Virus record (IMG/VR): IMGVR_UViG_3300031994_000006
Location: 128,001-192,000 of that record
Source: a virus
Lineage: Duplodnaviria > Caudoviricetes
Strand: one strand, 5' to 3'
DNA length: 64,000 bases
Shown piece by piece: positions 1 through 10,702 of the stretch. Positions within the stretch are counted from its first letter, which is position 1. Every line of letters starts with the position of its first letter. Under the pieces are notes generated by a model that worked only from the letters and a program-made list of their open reading frames with translations, did not search any database and was not told the DNA's origin. The translations under genes were made by a program, and so were the position numbers.

Positions 1-3000
1 TGGATATCGTGAATCTTCTCTTCCAGGTCCTGTAGGCGTTCGCCGAATTATAGGTATTGCTCCAACTCGACCTCGCCTCGGCATGTGAATCGGCGTTACG
101 GTCGCTTTCAGGATCGCCGTCGTACTCGTCATATCCGCCGTCGACCTTGAACTCGATGGTCATATAGCCGCCCGACGGGACTTTGGTATTCGCATTGTTC
201 GAGATATTCGCATTGTTCGAATAGTCGCTCAGGTACCTCGGAATCTGAGGATGTATGCCGTCATCGTCGAAATCGGCCTCGACATAGTCGCGGGCACGGT
301 CGAGATCATCGGCGACCGCCACCTTCGTCAGCAGTGTGATGCTCGAACCGATATTGAAATCTTCGGCATTGGCCGAATCGACCTCGAACTTGACGCCGCC
401 GAACTGCTTCATATAAATCGGAACGTCCAGGCTTGCACTGACGGTCTTGCCCGCGCCGAGATCTATTTCGAATATCCAGGTCTCATCCGCGGTCTTCAGG
501 AGCTGTGTGAATCCCGGGATATCGGGATTTACCGAAGCGCATACGTTCGGTTTGACAAGGTATGACAGGGTGATGTTCTTGCCGGATACCTGCGGCGCCG
601 TACGCTCGACTATCTTATATCCGGATCCCCTGCTGTTCAATGTAACCTTTCCGGTATAATTACCGATCATATGAATTCTCTGCAAATGCTCCGAATACAC
701 AGCCTCGTACTGTACGGAATCGGTTCCGGACAGATCCGTCCATGTCATGTCGGCGTCGCCGAGCGAGCCGAGCGGCGCGACATGTCCCGTACGGGTAGTC
801 CGTCCGGTCAGGCCGTGATACGGCGTGACGGGAAGATCGACCGTCGTGCTGTCCACTTCCCTGAGCGTGCAATAAGGCGCCGACGGCGTGGACGAGGCCT
901 TCGCCCATGCGGGCACGGCCATCGTGCCGAGGTTGATTGTGATATCGACCTGCACCCAGTCCGAGGTGAACTCGACGGATCCCCTCATATAGGGAGACAG
1001 CAGCGGTCCGGGATATTCATGATACCAGAAGCCTGTCTCATGGCCGGACTCGTCCGCACAGTATGAGGACCTGTACGCCGCATCGCACCATCCGGTCAGG
1101 ATGCTGACGTCATGGTAATACCTCAGCTTGTCGGAAATGCTGTGAGGCTGTGAACCGGTCGTATCGAACTCAATCTCAGGATTCGAGCAGGACTTGATAC
1201 GGTATGTCACGCTCGTGACGCTCGGCTCGACGGAATCGCTCGTAGAGACGGACAGATAGCCGTACGGCAGTGTCGAAAGCCTTGCCTCGCTGCGGGGCGT
1301 CGTCTCATCACGCATAACCGGATACTCGTAATCGGGATCCGACGACGACTGTGAAAGGAAATACGCCGAATAGACGCTCGGCGACATCGACCAGTTGATA
1401 TTACGTCCTTCTACTACATTGAAGCAGAGCGGATGCGCCAGCCAGATGCGGTAATACTCATTGCCCTGACAGTCCTTCTTGAATATGGTGCTGAGCAACG
1501 GCTGCTCGGGCAGTCCTGTCAATACGGGCACGAGACCCAGTGTGAATTCCCTGTATTCGTTAGGCGCCGAGAACCTGCTGCCGGTAAGCCTGACATCGCC
1601 GGTCCACCAGTTCTTGTCGATGCCGTCACGGGACGCGGTGCTTGTGGGACGGAGATTGACGTCCTTGACCTTCGACTGCTGGCCTTCGTTCCAGTACTCC
1701 TTTACCTTAGGCGTGTCATCGAAGTTATTGATACCCCATTTATAGTCCGTATTGATTGAGAACTCATTCTCGGTCCAGGCGGTACCGGTCACATCGTCGA
1801 ACGGCATCAGGGTGATGAGCCAGTAGCGCCAGTCGATGACTATCGACTTGACATATACCGTATTGCTCGTACCGCTCTGAAGGCCGCGATCCGGAAGCGT
1901 ACACTTGAACTCGGGCTGATTCTCGAGCACATAGCGCGAGCCGACCTGACTGAAGGTTCCCTTTGCGGAGTCAAGGGAAGGCGTCCATGCGCCGGCAGGA
2001 GCATAGTCACGTACCGCCTCGACCGTCAGGTACTTATAGACGGAGTCGAGCGTCATGCTGCTGCTGCTCGAGACATGCCATTTGGCGAATCCCGTCTCGT
2101 CCGTCCTGTCGATGGACACGTCCATCCTCATCTCATGGTGCCAGTCGCAGAGTACGAACCTGTAGCCGTCGTCATAGTACTGACTGTCGCTCTGGGTACG
2201 CATCTTGCCGTCGTTGTTCTTCCACTTCTGGTTGCCGTCAAGGAATATCCAGGGCGTCCAGATGCTCGGGCGCTGCGGCCTGACTGCGGTCGCGTACACG
2301 GTCGAGCTGCTGCCTGATTCACTGCTGTCCTTGAGCGAGAACGTCCAGCTCTTCGAGTTGCCGATTGCCGACTTCGTGCTGAACCTGACGATCACGTCGG
2401 TCGAGCCTATGCGCTCGGTCACGCCGTCGAAATCCCAGTCGTCCCAGATACCGTCATCGAACCATTCCCTGACAGCGTTCTCATCGGCGATATCGAGGTT
2501 GTATCCCTTGACGGTCATACAGATCTCGAAGTTGCCGCCTGCCGTGCCCGTAAAGGCCCAGTCGCCGTCATCGTCGGTATAGCCGTCTGACGGGAAGAAC
2601 AGGATATTCGCGTTCCCCTGATCAATCCAGGTATAGAATCCCTGTGTCGGGAATATCCGCTCAGGATGCGCCTTGGGGACAGGCTCGTGCCCGTATACCG
2701 TATCGTCATATACGGTTTCCCGGTACATCCCGCCGGTATCCGTGACATGACTGATCGTTACCGTACATCCGAGCTTGAGCGTGAACTCCTCTTCCGAATC
2801 CGTGTCAGGCATCGACAGGACCTTGACGGTATCCTCATCGGCCGTCTGTATATTGAAGCCGCTGTGGCCGCTCTTTCCCCAGCTGAACGACGCCTTGAAT
2901 TCGGCGTCGTCATCAGCATCGCCGTTATAGTCACGGAACTTGACCGACTTGGAATCGTCGGTCTTTTTCCATTCACTGTCAGGATCGTTCTGATCCCTGA

Positions 3001-5917
3001 ATTTGACGACGAACTCAGTCTGGGCGACGTCCGCGCCTGCATGCAGCTCGGGTGAGATCCAGGCCTGCCAGGCAGGCGTATAGGGCTTCCATGTCGCCGT
3101 AAGCGTCTCCTCCTTGTGATAGTAGTCCGTGTCCGTCCTGAAGGTCGCGTCGGACGACAGATCCGTAAGCGGGCTTCTGTGCTTGTCGTTTATCGTCAGC
3201 ATCCAGTACTGTGAGCCGCCGGGACCCGAAATATCACTGGCATCCGAGGAATCATCATCGTTCTCGACACGGGCCGCGATATACACGGCCTTGTTGTCAT
3301 CCCACTTGGAATATCCCGACCTGACCGCCGGATCCGGATACTGCGGGATATTCGATATGAGATTGAACATCTCATTCTTGCCTATCCAGTCCGTGACGGC
3401 CGACTCTTCCGTCAGGTTCGGGCTTGAGAACATACGGAACTTCATCGTATAGCCGACAGTCGTGACGGTGACAGGCAGCGAACCTGTCGCCTCGCCCGAC
3501 GCATCCGCGAGCGTCACGGTTATCTCACCGCTCCTGTCGCTTGTGATGATCGTATCCTTCGGTACTACCTGAATCCTGAGGATACCGTTACTGCAATAGC
3601 TGTCGCTGTCGCCCGGTACGGTCGTGTATTCAAGGACCTGCGCCGCCGTTCCGGCAAGGTTGAAAGACGTCATCCTTATATTGTCCGTCAGTCTCACCTG
3701 GCCGTCCCACAGCGTGGCGTATACTATAGAATATTTGTTCTCATTACTGCGGCGTGCTATGCCGGAGACCTCGCTTGTAAGCTCCGGATCAGAGAAGAAC
3801 CTGATCTTGAGATCTAACGGCTTGGCCGATACCGTAACGGTAAACTGCGTATCGACGGACTCGCCGCCGGGTATGCCGGTCATATCGTCCTTGAAACGTC
3901 CCGTGACATAGATCTTCCAGTTGGCGGGCGCTCCGGTCAGATTATAGGTATCGACAGGCACCGAATAGAGATTGACGCCTTCCTTTGAATACGATACATT
4001 CGCCAGACCGGCAGGCGTCTCCACCATTACGGACACATCGGATTCTACGTCAGACGCGATAGCCGTATAGACGGTATTGTCCTCCTTGAGCCTCGGCACC
4101 ATCCTGAACCAGACTTTCTGTGTGGAATGCTCCCTGGTTCCGCTGAAGTACAGCTGAGAAGGTGCCGTCGAGAAATTCGAAGATGACGACATCTGTATCA
4201 TCGAACTGGCGAACATAGGCTCCACCTCGATATTGAGCACCGTCTTCTTGACATAGCTGAGCGATGATACACCGGGTATATCGGAGTTGAGGCTGAGCGT
4301 GAGATCGATATACTTGCGGAGGAACGTCATGTTCTCAAGCCAGTAGTTCCATGAGCCGTTGGTGGCTGAATTGAACGGGAACGTCGAAGTGCCTGACAAT
4401 TTTATAGACGGATCCGAAGGACTCCATTCCGACTTGTGTGCGGGATCGTCGGCGGCGAATCTCATGCTCGCGTCCCAGATAAATCTCGACTCATCCTGTA
4501 TCAGGATCTGCGTCTGCCATGCGGAACTACCGGGCGTCTGAAGCTGCGCTGTCAGGCTCGCCGTGACGAATCTTCTTTCGCTGAATGAATCGGCCGGACC
4601 GGGAAGCCTGCATCCTATAGATGAGCCGTGACCTGTATTATAGGCGCTCCACTTGTAATACAAAAGGACGGAGCTGTCATATACACCCCAGCTGCTGAGG
4701 TTTATATGGGCATAGCCGGGCTTCTCGTCAAATGAAAGCCTGACACGGTAATCCTTAATCTTTCCCCTGTTATTGTCGTTCTTCTTGAACTTTACCCAGT
4801 TCGGCGCTATGAAGTTTTCAGGGGATGTGCCCGATCTGCGGGTCGTACCGTCGTCGTTCTTCTGTTTGTCGAGAAGATACGGATTATGGTACTCCCAGTT
4901 TATAATTCTTTCATTGTGTTCGATTCCTTTGCCGAACTCATAGAAATTCACGTCGAATCTTATACCGTGCTTCAGTACGCCATCTTCTCTATAATTTCCG
5001 GCATTATATGAATATCTGTACAGGGCGCTTTTCTCAGGCGACTGCGGATCATAGTTGTAGACCCTCTTGCCGAGGTACATATTGGTCAGTTCCTGACCGT
5101 TGTACCAGGGCATCAGTCCTTTGCTGTAATCCGTGAAGTCCCCGTCAGGCATGCTGGTATAGCCGGTCACGTCAAGCGCGCCGCCGGATTCGGACGCGAT
5201 GAGGAATCCCTTCTGCAGCTCAGGCGTGTCCGGATGCAGGTACAGCATCCTCGAGCTGACGTCCTGGATGAACTTCTCATAGGTGTCTTCCGATCCCGCG
5301 GGGTTAATCGCGTATTTCAGGCGTCCGGTTATACGGAGGCCGGATTCTGTCGTCACCTCACAGGGGATGACGCCGGACCTGACGACCTTATTGGTATTGT
5401 TCGCCCTGAATCCGTCGGCTGTCACAAAGAACGGCGCGTCATTGCGTATCTCTGAATTGATGGGGAAATCCGAAAGCCTGGGAGGCTCCGGAATGCTCAT
5501 GCCTTCAATCCTGACGGACTTGCCGCCGATCTGTATCGCGACATTCGGGGTGATATTCACGGAATCCCCGTGATTGAACACCCATGTATGGCCGTACTTC
5601 GAGTCCTTGGATGCACCGGTCACGGTAAAGTCGATATCGAAATAGACGTCGTCATTGCCGATATCCTCGCCGACCAGGTCTCCGATGGGATGCCAGATCA
5701 GGTTGGAGTCCGCATAATAGTATTCATCCTCGTCGAATACGTAGACGAGCTTACCGGGATATATGTTAGGCCAGTCATTACCGGGATAGGTAAGCGACCA
5801 CTCGGCGGTGTCGAGCGGTCCGCCGTATTCCGACGTAACGGCGTATCCGCGCTGCTTGAGCGCCGGATTGAACTCGCCGTTTGACGAACTGACGTATTTT
5901 GAACTGAAGGAAGCCAT
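1..5917 (-). CDS. Giant virion structural protein (tail fibre/baseplate-like), 3' end outside window (>1970 aa)
   Basis: ATG at 5917 (MASFSSKYVSSSNGEFNPALKQRGYAVTSEYGGPLD...); same frame still open at base 2 (...NTYNSANAYRTWKRRFTIS); missing from ORF track, consistent with no stop in window; S/T/D/Y/W-rich beta-type composition. Confidence 0.75.
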   Translation of the reverse strand, partial: MASFSSKYVSSSNGEFNPALKQRGYAVTSEYGGPLDTAEWSLTYPGNDWPNIYPGKLVYVFDEDEYYYADSNLIWHPIGDLVGEDIGNDDVYFDIDFTVTGASKDSKYGHTWVFNHGDSVNITPNVAIQIGGKSVRIEGMSIPEPPRLSDFPINSEIRNDAPFFVTADGFRANNTNKVVRSGVIPCEVTTESGLRITGRLKYAINPAGSEDTYEKFIQDVSSRMLYLHPDTPELQKGFLIASESGGALDVTGYTSMPDGDFTDYSKGLMPWYNGQELTNMYLGKRVYNYDPQSPEKSALYRYSYNAGNYREDGVLKHGIRFDVNFYEFGKGIEHNERIINWEYHNPYLLDKQKNDDGTTRRSGTSPENFIAPNWVKFKKNDNNRGKIKDYRVRLSFDEKPGYAHINLSSWGVYDSSVLLYYKWSAYNTGHGSSIGCRLPGPADSFSERRFVTASLTAQLQTPGSSAWQTQILIQDESRFIWDASMRFAADDPAHKSEWSPSDPSIKLSGTSTFPFNSATNGSWNYWLENMTFLRKYIDLTLSLNSDIPGVSSLSYVKKTVLNIEVEPMFASSMIQMSSSSNFSTAPSQLYFSGTREHSTQKVWFRMVPRLKEDNTVYTAIASDVESDVSVMVETPAGLANVSYSKEGVNLYSVPVDTYNLTGAPANWKIYVTGRFKDDMTGIPGGESVDTQFTVTVSAKPLDLKIRFFSDPELTSEVSGIARRSNENKYSIVYATLWDGQVRLTDNIRMTSFNLAGTAAQVLEYTTVPGDSDSYCSNGILRIQVVPKDTIITSDRSGEITVTLADASGEATGSLPVTVTTVGYTMKFRMFSSPNLTEESAVTDWIGKNEMFNLISNIPQYPDPAVRSGYSKWDDNKAVYIAARVENDDDSSDASDISGPGGSQYWMLTINDKHRSPLTDLSSDATFRTDTDYYHKEETLTATWKPYTPAWQAWISPELHAGADVAQTEFVVKFRDQNDPDSEWKKTDDSKSVKFRDYNGDADDDAEFKASFSWGKSGHSGFNIQTADEDTVKVLSMPDTDSEEEFTLKLGCTVTISHVTDTGGMYRETVYDDTVYGHEPVPKAHPERIFPTQGFYTWIDQGNANILFFPSDGYTDDDGDWAFTGTAGGNFEICMTVKGYNLDIADENAVREWFDDGIWDDWDFDGVTERIGSTDVIVRFSTKSAIGNSKSWTFSLKDSSESGSSSTVYATAVRPQRPSIWTPWIFLDGNQKWKNNDGKMRTQSDSQYYDDGYRFVLCDWHHEMRMDVSIDRTDETGFAKWHVSSSSSMTLDSVYKYLTVEAVRDYAPAGAWTPSLDSAKGTFSQVGSRYVLENQPEFKCTLPDRGLQSGTSNTVYVKSIVIDWRYWLITLMPFDDVTGTAWTENEFSINTDYKWGINNFDDTPKVKEYWNEGQQSKVKDVNLRPTSTASRDGIDKNWWTGDVRLTGSRFSAPNEYREFTLGLVPVLTGLPEQPLLSTIFKKDCQGNEYYRIWLAHPLCFNVVEGRNINWSMSPSVYSAYFLSQSSSDPDYEYPVMRDETTPRSEARLSTLPYGYLSVSTSDSVEPSVTSVTYRIKSCSNPEIEFDTTGSQPHSISDKLRYYHDVSILTGWCDAAYRSSYCADESGHETGFWYHEYPGPLLSPYMRGSVEFTSDWVQVDITINLGTMAVPAWAKASSTPSAPYCTLREVDSTTVDLPVTPYHGLTGRTTRTGHVAPLGSLGDADMTWTDLSGTDSVQYEAVYSEHLQRIHMIGNYTGKVTLNSRGSGYKIVERTAPQVSGKNITLSYLVKPNVCASVNPDIPGFTQLLKTADETWIFEIDLGAGKTVSASLDVPIYMKQFGGVKFEVDSANAEDFNIGSSITLLTKVAVADDLDRARDYVEADFDDDGIHPQIPRYLSDYSNNANISNNANTKVPSGGYMTIEFKVDGGYDEYDGDPESDRNADSHAEARSSWSNTYNSANAYRTWKRRFTIS

Positions 5918-5931
5918 TTATATAAAATTCT

Positions 5932-6261
5932 TTACTGTATAAGATCCTGCCACCTGTCGGCCGCGCCAGCCCTTCCCGGCTGCCAGATCCTGAACCTGTT
6001 CTTGGACGCGTCATAGGTCAGCTGACCGTAATACGCGTTGGGGAAGGGATTCCTGACATCGCTCGGAAGTGAATCGACGTACTGAGTCGCGTCAAGCGGT
6101 CCGCCGTTGACGGGGCTGCCCGGTGTATCGGACGGACGGGAATCCGTCAGTACGAGGAATCCCGTATGACGCTGTTCGACAAGACCGGTATTGACGTCGG
6201 TATCAATGTAATCGGCCTTCCTGTCAAAATCCTTATCATAGTCTGTACTTCCGTATGCCAT
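5932..6261 (-). CDS. Hypothetical protein, probable virion component
   Basis: 109 aa ORF tightly packed in terminase operon; GGPLD motif shared with N-terminus of downstream giant ORF. Confidence 0.7.
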   Translation of the reverse strand: MAYGSTDYDKDFDRKADYIDTDVNTGLVEQRHTGFLVLTDSRPSDTPGSPVNGGPLDATQYVDSLPSDVRNPFPNAYYGQLTYDASKNRFRIWQPGRAGAADRWQDLIQ

Positions 6262-6266
6262 ATGCC

Positions 6267-7115
6267 TTAATCGATATAGTATTCGCCGTTGTCTTTCTCC
6301 AGGGGTTTCACGATGACGTTATACGGCAGTCCGACACCGAACTTTGAATCCGATATACCAAGAATATAGCCGTCGACCTCTTTGAATGTAAACTCTATCG
6401 TCTGTGGGGAATCGGTGCCTGAATATCCTTTGACATCCGCGAATCTCCAGGAATTTCTCTCGAGTTCTGTGCTGTTTGGCACATGCCCGCTGTCAACAGG
6501 CCACGCTATCCAGATATAACTACCGTTAGGCCTGGAATTCCAGGGCTTGTACAGGGCACGCTGTTCGAAATCATATGTGAATCTGACCTTGTTGCCGTCC
6601 GACGAGTTATTTGTAATGAATACCGGATCAATATCATTTTTTTCACTGATACCGATGATGAGATCGCCGTCATTGGTACACGCCTTGACGCCGAAGATGA
6701 CATTACGGAAATCCTCGACCGTCATGGCGCCGTAGCTGATGGCATGCGAGTTGTCCTTGTACTGGGCGCTCGTTCCGCTGCGCACGGCATCCTCGGACTC
6801 GTCGCCGCCGACCGACGTACTGAGCTCCAGGGGCACAGTCATCTTGTCGATGACCTCTTTTGAGAATGTCGCCGCCGTAATCTTCTGAGGATCCAGCTTA
6901 TAGAACACGTTACAGGCCTTCTTGCCGGCCGTGTCGTCATATATGCTCGTACGGACGTCCACAAGCGGCGACAGGGGCACGTTCAGGTTATCCAGGAGCT
7001 GTGCCGTATTGTATATTATGGTATTCGTGGACGATGACGTCGACGCTCCGAATACCGTCACCGAGTTGGCGACCGTATTGCCGGCGCCGAGGTTGAGTGT
7101 CAGGATCTTTTTCAT
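6267..7115 (-). CDS. Hypothetical protein (probable structural)
   Basis: 282 aa ORF, tight operon spacing. Confidence 0.7.
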   Translation of the reverse strand: MKKILTLNLGAGNTVANSVTVFGASTSSSTNTIIYNTAQLLDNLNVPLSPLVDVRTSIYDDTAGKKACNVFYKLDPQKITAATFSKEVIDKMTVPLELSTSVGGDESEDAVRSGTSAQYKDNSHAISYGAMTVEDFRNVIFGVKACTNDGDLIIGISEKNDIDPVFITNNSSDGNKVRFTYDFEQRALYKPWNSRPNGSYIWIAWPVDSGHVPNSTELERNSWRFADVKGYSGTDSPQTIEFTFKEVDGYILGISDSKFGVGLPYNVIVKPLEKDNGEYYID

Positions 7116-7121
7116 AATACC

Positions 7122-9239
7122 TTATTTGTTATAAAAGCCGGGATATTTATTTTCCCTCTGCAGATAGGGGTTGGCGGCGCGGGCCTGCTGTATCGCGAGA
7201 TACGGATTGGGCGGACGCCTGTAGTTCAGGTACGGATTCGACACGTCCGGCTTGGAAACCGGATTATCGTACGGCCTTCCGTATCCGTCCTTGTACACGG
7301 CATTGAAGGTCTCGTCCGACATCTTGTCCGGATCGTCGTCGATGGCCTGTTTGAGCAGCAGCGCCATAATGAGCTTGCGGGCCGTCGTCTTCATCTGGCT
7401 GAAGTAGTCGAGGAGCCAGTCGATGAACTCGGTCTGCTCATCGTCTATCGCCCTGGGTACGTTCATGACCGTCATCGCGATATCGTCGTGCAGGTCGACA
7501 CCTTCATACTTGAATTTCTTGCCGTCCTTGGACTTGATCTTTCCGAATGACGCGAGCTGCTCGATGGAACTCTGGTTATTCTCGCGCTTGTCAATCTGCG
7601 ACACGATGATCTGGCGCTTGGTGATCATCCTCGCGGCGGTCTCGCAGAAATGGGCCTTGGACCTGGTGCTTTCCTCGCCGCCGCCGGTCGTCAGGAATCC
7701 GGGCTTCTTAATCTGGACCTGTCCCGGTATCGGCTTCCTGTGGAACGTCTTGATGATCAGCGCCTCATAGTACTGATCGTGCGACTTGAACGTGTTGACG
7801 AAGTTCTTTCCGTTGAAGTTCATCTCGACGAGCATCCTGACGTTGTCGACGGATCCCTGTCCGGCATGGAGCACGCGGTATACCAGGTACCGGAGCGCCT
7901 TGGCCATCTCCTCCTCGTCCTGGGTGTTGTCTATGTAGACGCCGACCTGACGGAACCTGAAACAGTCGCTTATCTTGATGTGCTTGTCGGCCGCGAACCT
8001 CTTCACATGGAACGGGTTCATCAGCTCTATGCGGAATATGTTGGCGATATTGTAGTCCGACTGCGGATGTCCGTCCACAAGCTGCTCCGAGCCCTCGGCC
8101 GTGTCTATCGATATGAGGTACCTCTCGCCGAGCCTGTCGACTGAGTTCGGATCGAATCCGGGCAGCCACCTGAACTTGTCGGAGTACTCCTTCGGCATGA
8201 CGGGCATGTCGACGGGCTGGAAGTCCCTGGCGATGCGGTACATGAACCTGAGGTCGGTCGAGCGTATGAGCTTGTTGGCCTGTACGTCGAACGACAGGTT
8301 GAACTCCTGCTCGAACTCCTCGTCGCCGAAGTCCTTGCGCATCTGCTCGCCCCATTTCTCGTCGTAGACCTGCTCCCAGCGGGCCAGGAATGTCACGAAG
8401 CTGTTCTCATGCTTGTTCGCCTTGTCCCAGATCTCATAGAACTTATTCTTCTTTCCTCGGGGCGTGCTCGTCATGATGAGCTTCGACACCTTGGAGGACG
8501 ACAGTGTCGGGAAGACGGCGGTCCAGAACGCGCCCATGATGTTCTGCGGTATAAGCGCGGCCTCGTCGATGTACAGCAGGTGGATGGTGAAACCGATTGA
8601 CGGGGTCTTCGACGTCGCGAATCCCTGCATGAAGGTTCCGTTCTCGAATCCGATGAACGACATGTTCTTCTTGAGGATTCCCGGCTTGAGCCAGAACGGC
8701 AGGTGCTGTATCATCTTGGTCATCTTGCGGATGATCTCGTTCACGGTGCTTCCCTTGTTCGCCACGATAGCCAGGTGACGCTCGGGGTGGAAAAGCATGT
8801 ACCAGACGAACACGGCGCCCGTGGTGGTCGTCTTTCCGAGCTGACGGGACTGCATCGATATGAGGAACCTGTGATCCGGGACGAACTCACCGAGCTCGGG
8901 GTCGTAGAACTCGTCGGCCGCCAGGTGTATGAACTCCTTCTGATAGTCGCGCAGCTGCACGAGCGTGACGCCGTTGTCGTTCTCGAACTTTATGTAGTTG
9001 CTTATGAAGTATACGGGATCGGCCTGGCACCGCTTCCATTCCTCAAGTTCCTCGTCGGTATACTCGAAGAGGATGCCGGGCGCCCGGAAGTCCATGTCTC
9101 CCGTGAAGAAGGGATCCATGTCGATGTCGTAGCCGTGGTTCAGGTCGTCTTTCATCTCGTTGATGATCTTCGTCGAATAGACCTTCGCCAGTTTCTTCTC
9201 TTCCTGTTTGTTGTTGTACTTATCAGCTGCAGCTCCCAT
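7122..9239 (-). CDS. terL: Terminase large subunit (T4 gp17-like)
   Basis: LRDYQ adenine-binding motif, Walker A SRQLGKTT, Walker B YIDEAA, TSTPRG coupling motif, nuclease motifs IDTAEG and HDDIAM. Confidence 0.95.
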   Translation of the reverse strand: MGAAADKYNNKQEEKKLAKVYSTKIINEMKDDLNHGYDIDMDPFFTGDMDFRAPGILFEYTDEELEEWKRCQADPVYFISNYIKFENDNGVTLVQLRDYQKEFIHLAADEFYDPELGEFVPDHRFLISMQSRQLGKTTTTGAVFVWYMLFHPERHLAIVANKGSTVNEIIRKMTKMIQHLPFWLKPGILKKNMSFIGFENGTFMQGFATSKTPSIGFTIHLLYIDEAALIPQNIMGAFWTAVFPTLSSSKVSKLIMTSTPRGKKNKFYEIWDKANKHENSFVTFLARWEQVYDEKWGEQMRKDFGDEEFEQEFNLSFDVQANKLIRSTDLRFMYRIARDFQPVDMPVMPKEYSDKFRWLPGFDPNSVDRLGERYLISIDTAEGSEQLVDGHPQSDYNIANIFRIELMNPFHVKRFAADKHIKISDCFRFRQVGVYIDNTQDEEEMAKALRYLVYRVLHAGQGSVDNVRMLVEMNFNGKNFVNTFKSHDQYYEALIIKTFHRKPIPGQVQIKKPGFLTTGGGEESTRSKAHFCETAARMITKRQIIVSQIDKRENNQSSIEQLASFGKIKSKDGKKFKYEGVDLHDDIAMTVMNVPRAIDDEQTEFIDWLLDYFSQMKTTARKLIMALLLKQAIDDDPDKMSDETFNAVYKDGYGRPYDNPVSKPDVSNPYLNYRRPPNPYLAIQQARAANPYLQRENKYPGFYNK

Positions 9240-9359
9240 ATGAAAGGGTCTTATTTTGCTGCATATCTATTCAAAAAGAAAAACCCGGGTATCTCACGAC
9301 ACCCGGGAACTACTAAAAATGAAACAAAAATTACCCTTCAGAAATATGTCAATCAATAA

Positions 9360-9605
9360 TCAGTCATCGTCCTTATACGACGCAGGCCTGTCATAGATTT
9401 CATAGGCCCGTTTCGCGGCCTGCTCGCGGTCAAGCTTGCCGGTACTGAACTGCCTGACGAGCTCAAGGAGTTCACGCTCGCGGTTGTGTGACTCATTCAC
9501 GATATCGCGGATGATCTTCCGGTCATTGCTTACCGAAAAGTATTTGATGACGAACATCAGCACCGCGGCTCCCGCGACTATTGAAACTATAAGGACTGCT
9601 ATCAT
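9360..9605 (-). CDS. Small membrane protein
   Basis: N-terminal hydrophobic helix, 81 aa. Confidence 0.65.
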   Translation of the reverse strand: MIAVLIVSIVAGAAVLMFVIKYFSVSNDRKIIRDIVNESHNRERELLELVRQFSTGKLDREQAAKRAYEIYDRPASYKDDD

Positions 9606-9639
9606 AATCTTACTATTATAAATTTTATACGCGTAAAGC

Positions 9640-9846
9640 CTATTGAGGCCCCTTCTCGGATGCGGGATGCTGTCTCAGCCAGTCATAGATGCCGTCGGCG
9701 AGCGCCTGCATCTCAGCCCTGCCGAGGTTCGGCAGCTGATGTGTATACGAGCCGTTCCTCACGCCTACGGTGATGTTTCTGCCGAGACGGTCCGCGCCGT
9801 CGGCCCATTCGACGACGGGCACGTATTTGTTCTCTCTTTCTTTCAT
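9640..9846 (-). CDS. Hypothetical protein
   Basis: 68 aa ORF in co-oriented run. Confidence 0.6.
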   Translation of the reverse strand: MKERENKYVPVVEWADGADRLGRNITVGVRNGSYTHQLPNLGRAEMQALADGIYDWLRQHPASEKGPQ

Positions 9847-9848
9847 AA

Positions 9849-10340
9849 TCAGTCATGTTTTACGGAACACGACCAGTATAGCCGGTTCCTGTTCTTGTTG
9901 ACAAGCTCATCCTTCAGTATCTCAGCCTCCCTGTTGGACAGGCCGTCCTTATACAGGTATTCGCCGCAGTCGTCGAAATATGTCACGACTTTCCATATCC
10001 TCCCGGCCGGCCAGGTCTCCCTGAACCTCTTCTCGGCTGTCTTGACGGCCTCATGGACGTCCGTAGTCCAGAAGGTGTCATGATCCCCTTTCAGGCATTT
10101 CTCGATATATTCGATTGAAAACTCATGACAGCCGTTGAGGCCCGTCCTGCCTTCATCCTGCCTCAGGGTGAACTCACGGTTGCCGAAACCGTCATACTCC
10201 GTCAGGCCGGTAATGACCCTGATCCTATAGGAACGTCTGCCGCGGTCATCAGGCTTGCCGGACTCCGGCAGGACAAGGGTATTCTCCTCAATACACCCGT
10301 TATGCCACACTATATACAGCTTCTCCGGATATTCCATCAT
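9849..10340 (-). CDS. Hypothetical protein
   Basis: ORF track 9849..10451; start more likely at 10340 (MMEYPEK), ATGA overlap with upstream stop. Confidence 0.6.
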   Translation of the reverse strand: MMEYPEKLYIVWHNGCIEENTLVLPESGKPDDRGRRSYRIRVITGLTEYDGFGNREFTLRQDEGRTGLNGCHEFSIEYIEKCLKGDHDTFWTTDVHEAVKTAEKRFRETWPAGRIWKVVTYFDDCGEYLYKDGLSNREAEILKDELVNKNRNRLYWSCSVKHD

Positions 10341-10681
10341 TGTCCTAAACTGTGTAAAAGTTCGCTGTTGATACGTCCAGCGCGCATCAGGCGCATCATG
10401 CTTCTCCGGACATGATTCATCTCCCAGGGCAAATCGGAAAAATTGCCCCATACGTCCATGGTTATCTTCACCTCCTTGCCCGGCTTGTCGTTTGAATCAC
10501 GATGTCCGATGAAATAGAATCTGTCGAGGATCGACCTGTCCTTATTCTTAATGATATGCTCGATGACGTTTTCGCGAATTCGGTTTACCTGGTCTATGGA
10601 AACGTCGCCGACGAATTTACCATCTACAAAATACTTAATCGTATTATCCGTTATTTCAGGAATTTCAAAAACCTTTTCCAT
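10337..10681 (-). CDS. Hypothetical protein
   Basis: 114 aa ORF. Confidence 0.65.
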   Translation of the reverse strand: MEKVFEIPEITDNTIKYFVDGKFVGDVSIDQVNRIRENVIEHIIKNKDRSILDRFYFIGHRDSNDKPGKEVKITMDVWGNFSDLPWEMNHVRRSMMRLMRAGRINSELLHSLGQ

Positions 10682-10702
10682 AATTTAAATATTGTATCAA
10701 AA

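Noticed and set aside
1-5917. Stop-codon reassignment (TAG to Gln) as the reason for missing ORFs
   Set aside because: The frame appears simply open past the window edge; other genes are full length in code 11, several end in TAG, and no CTA/TTA suppressor tRNA was seen.
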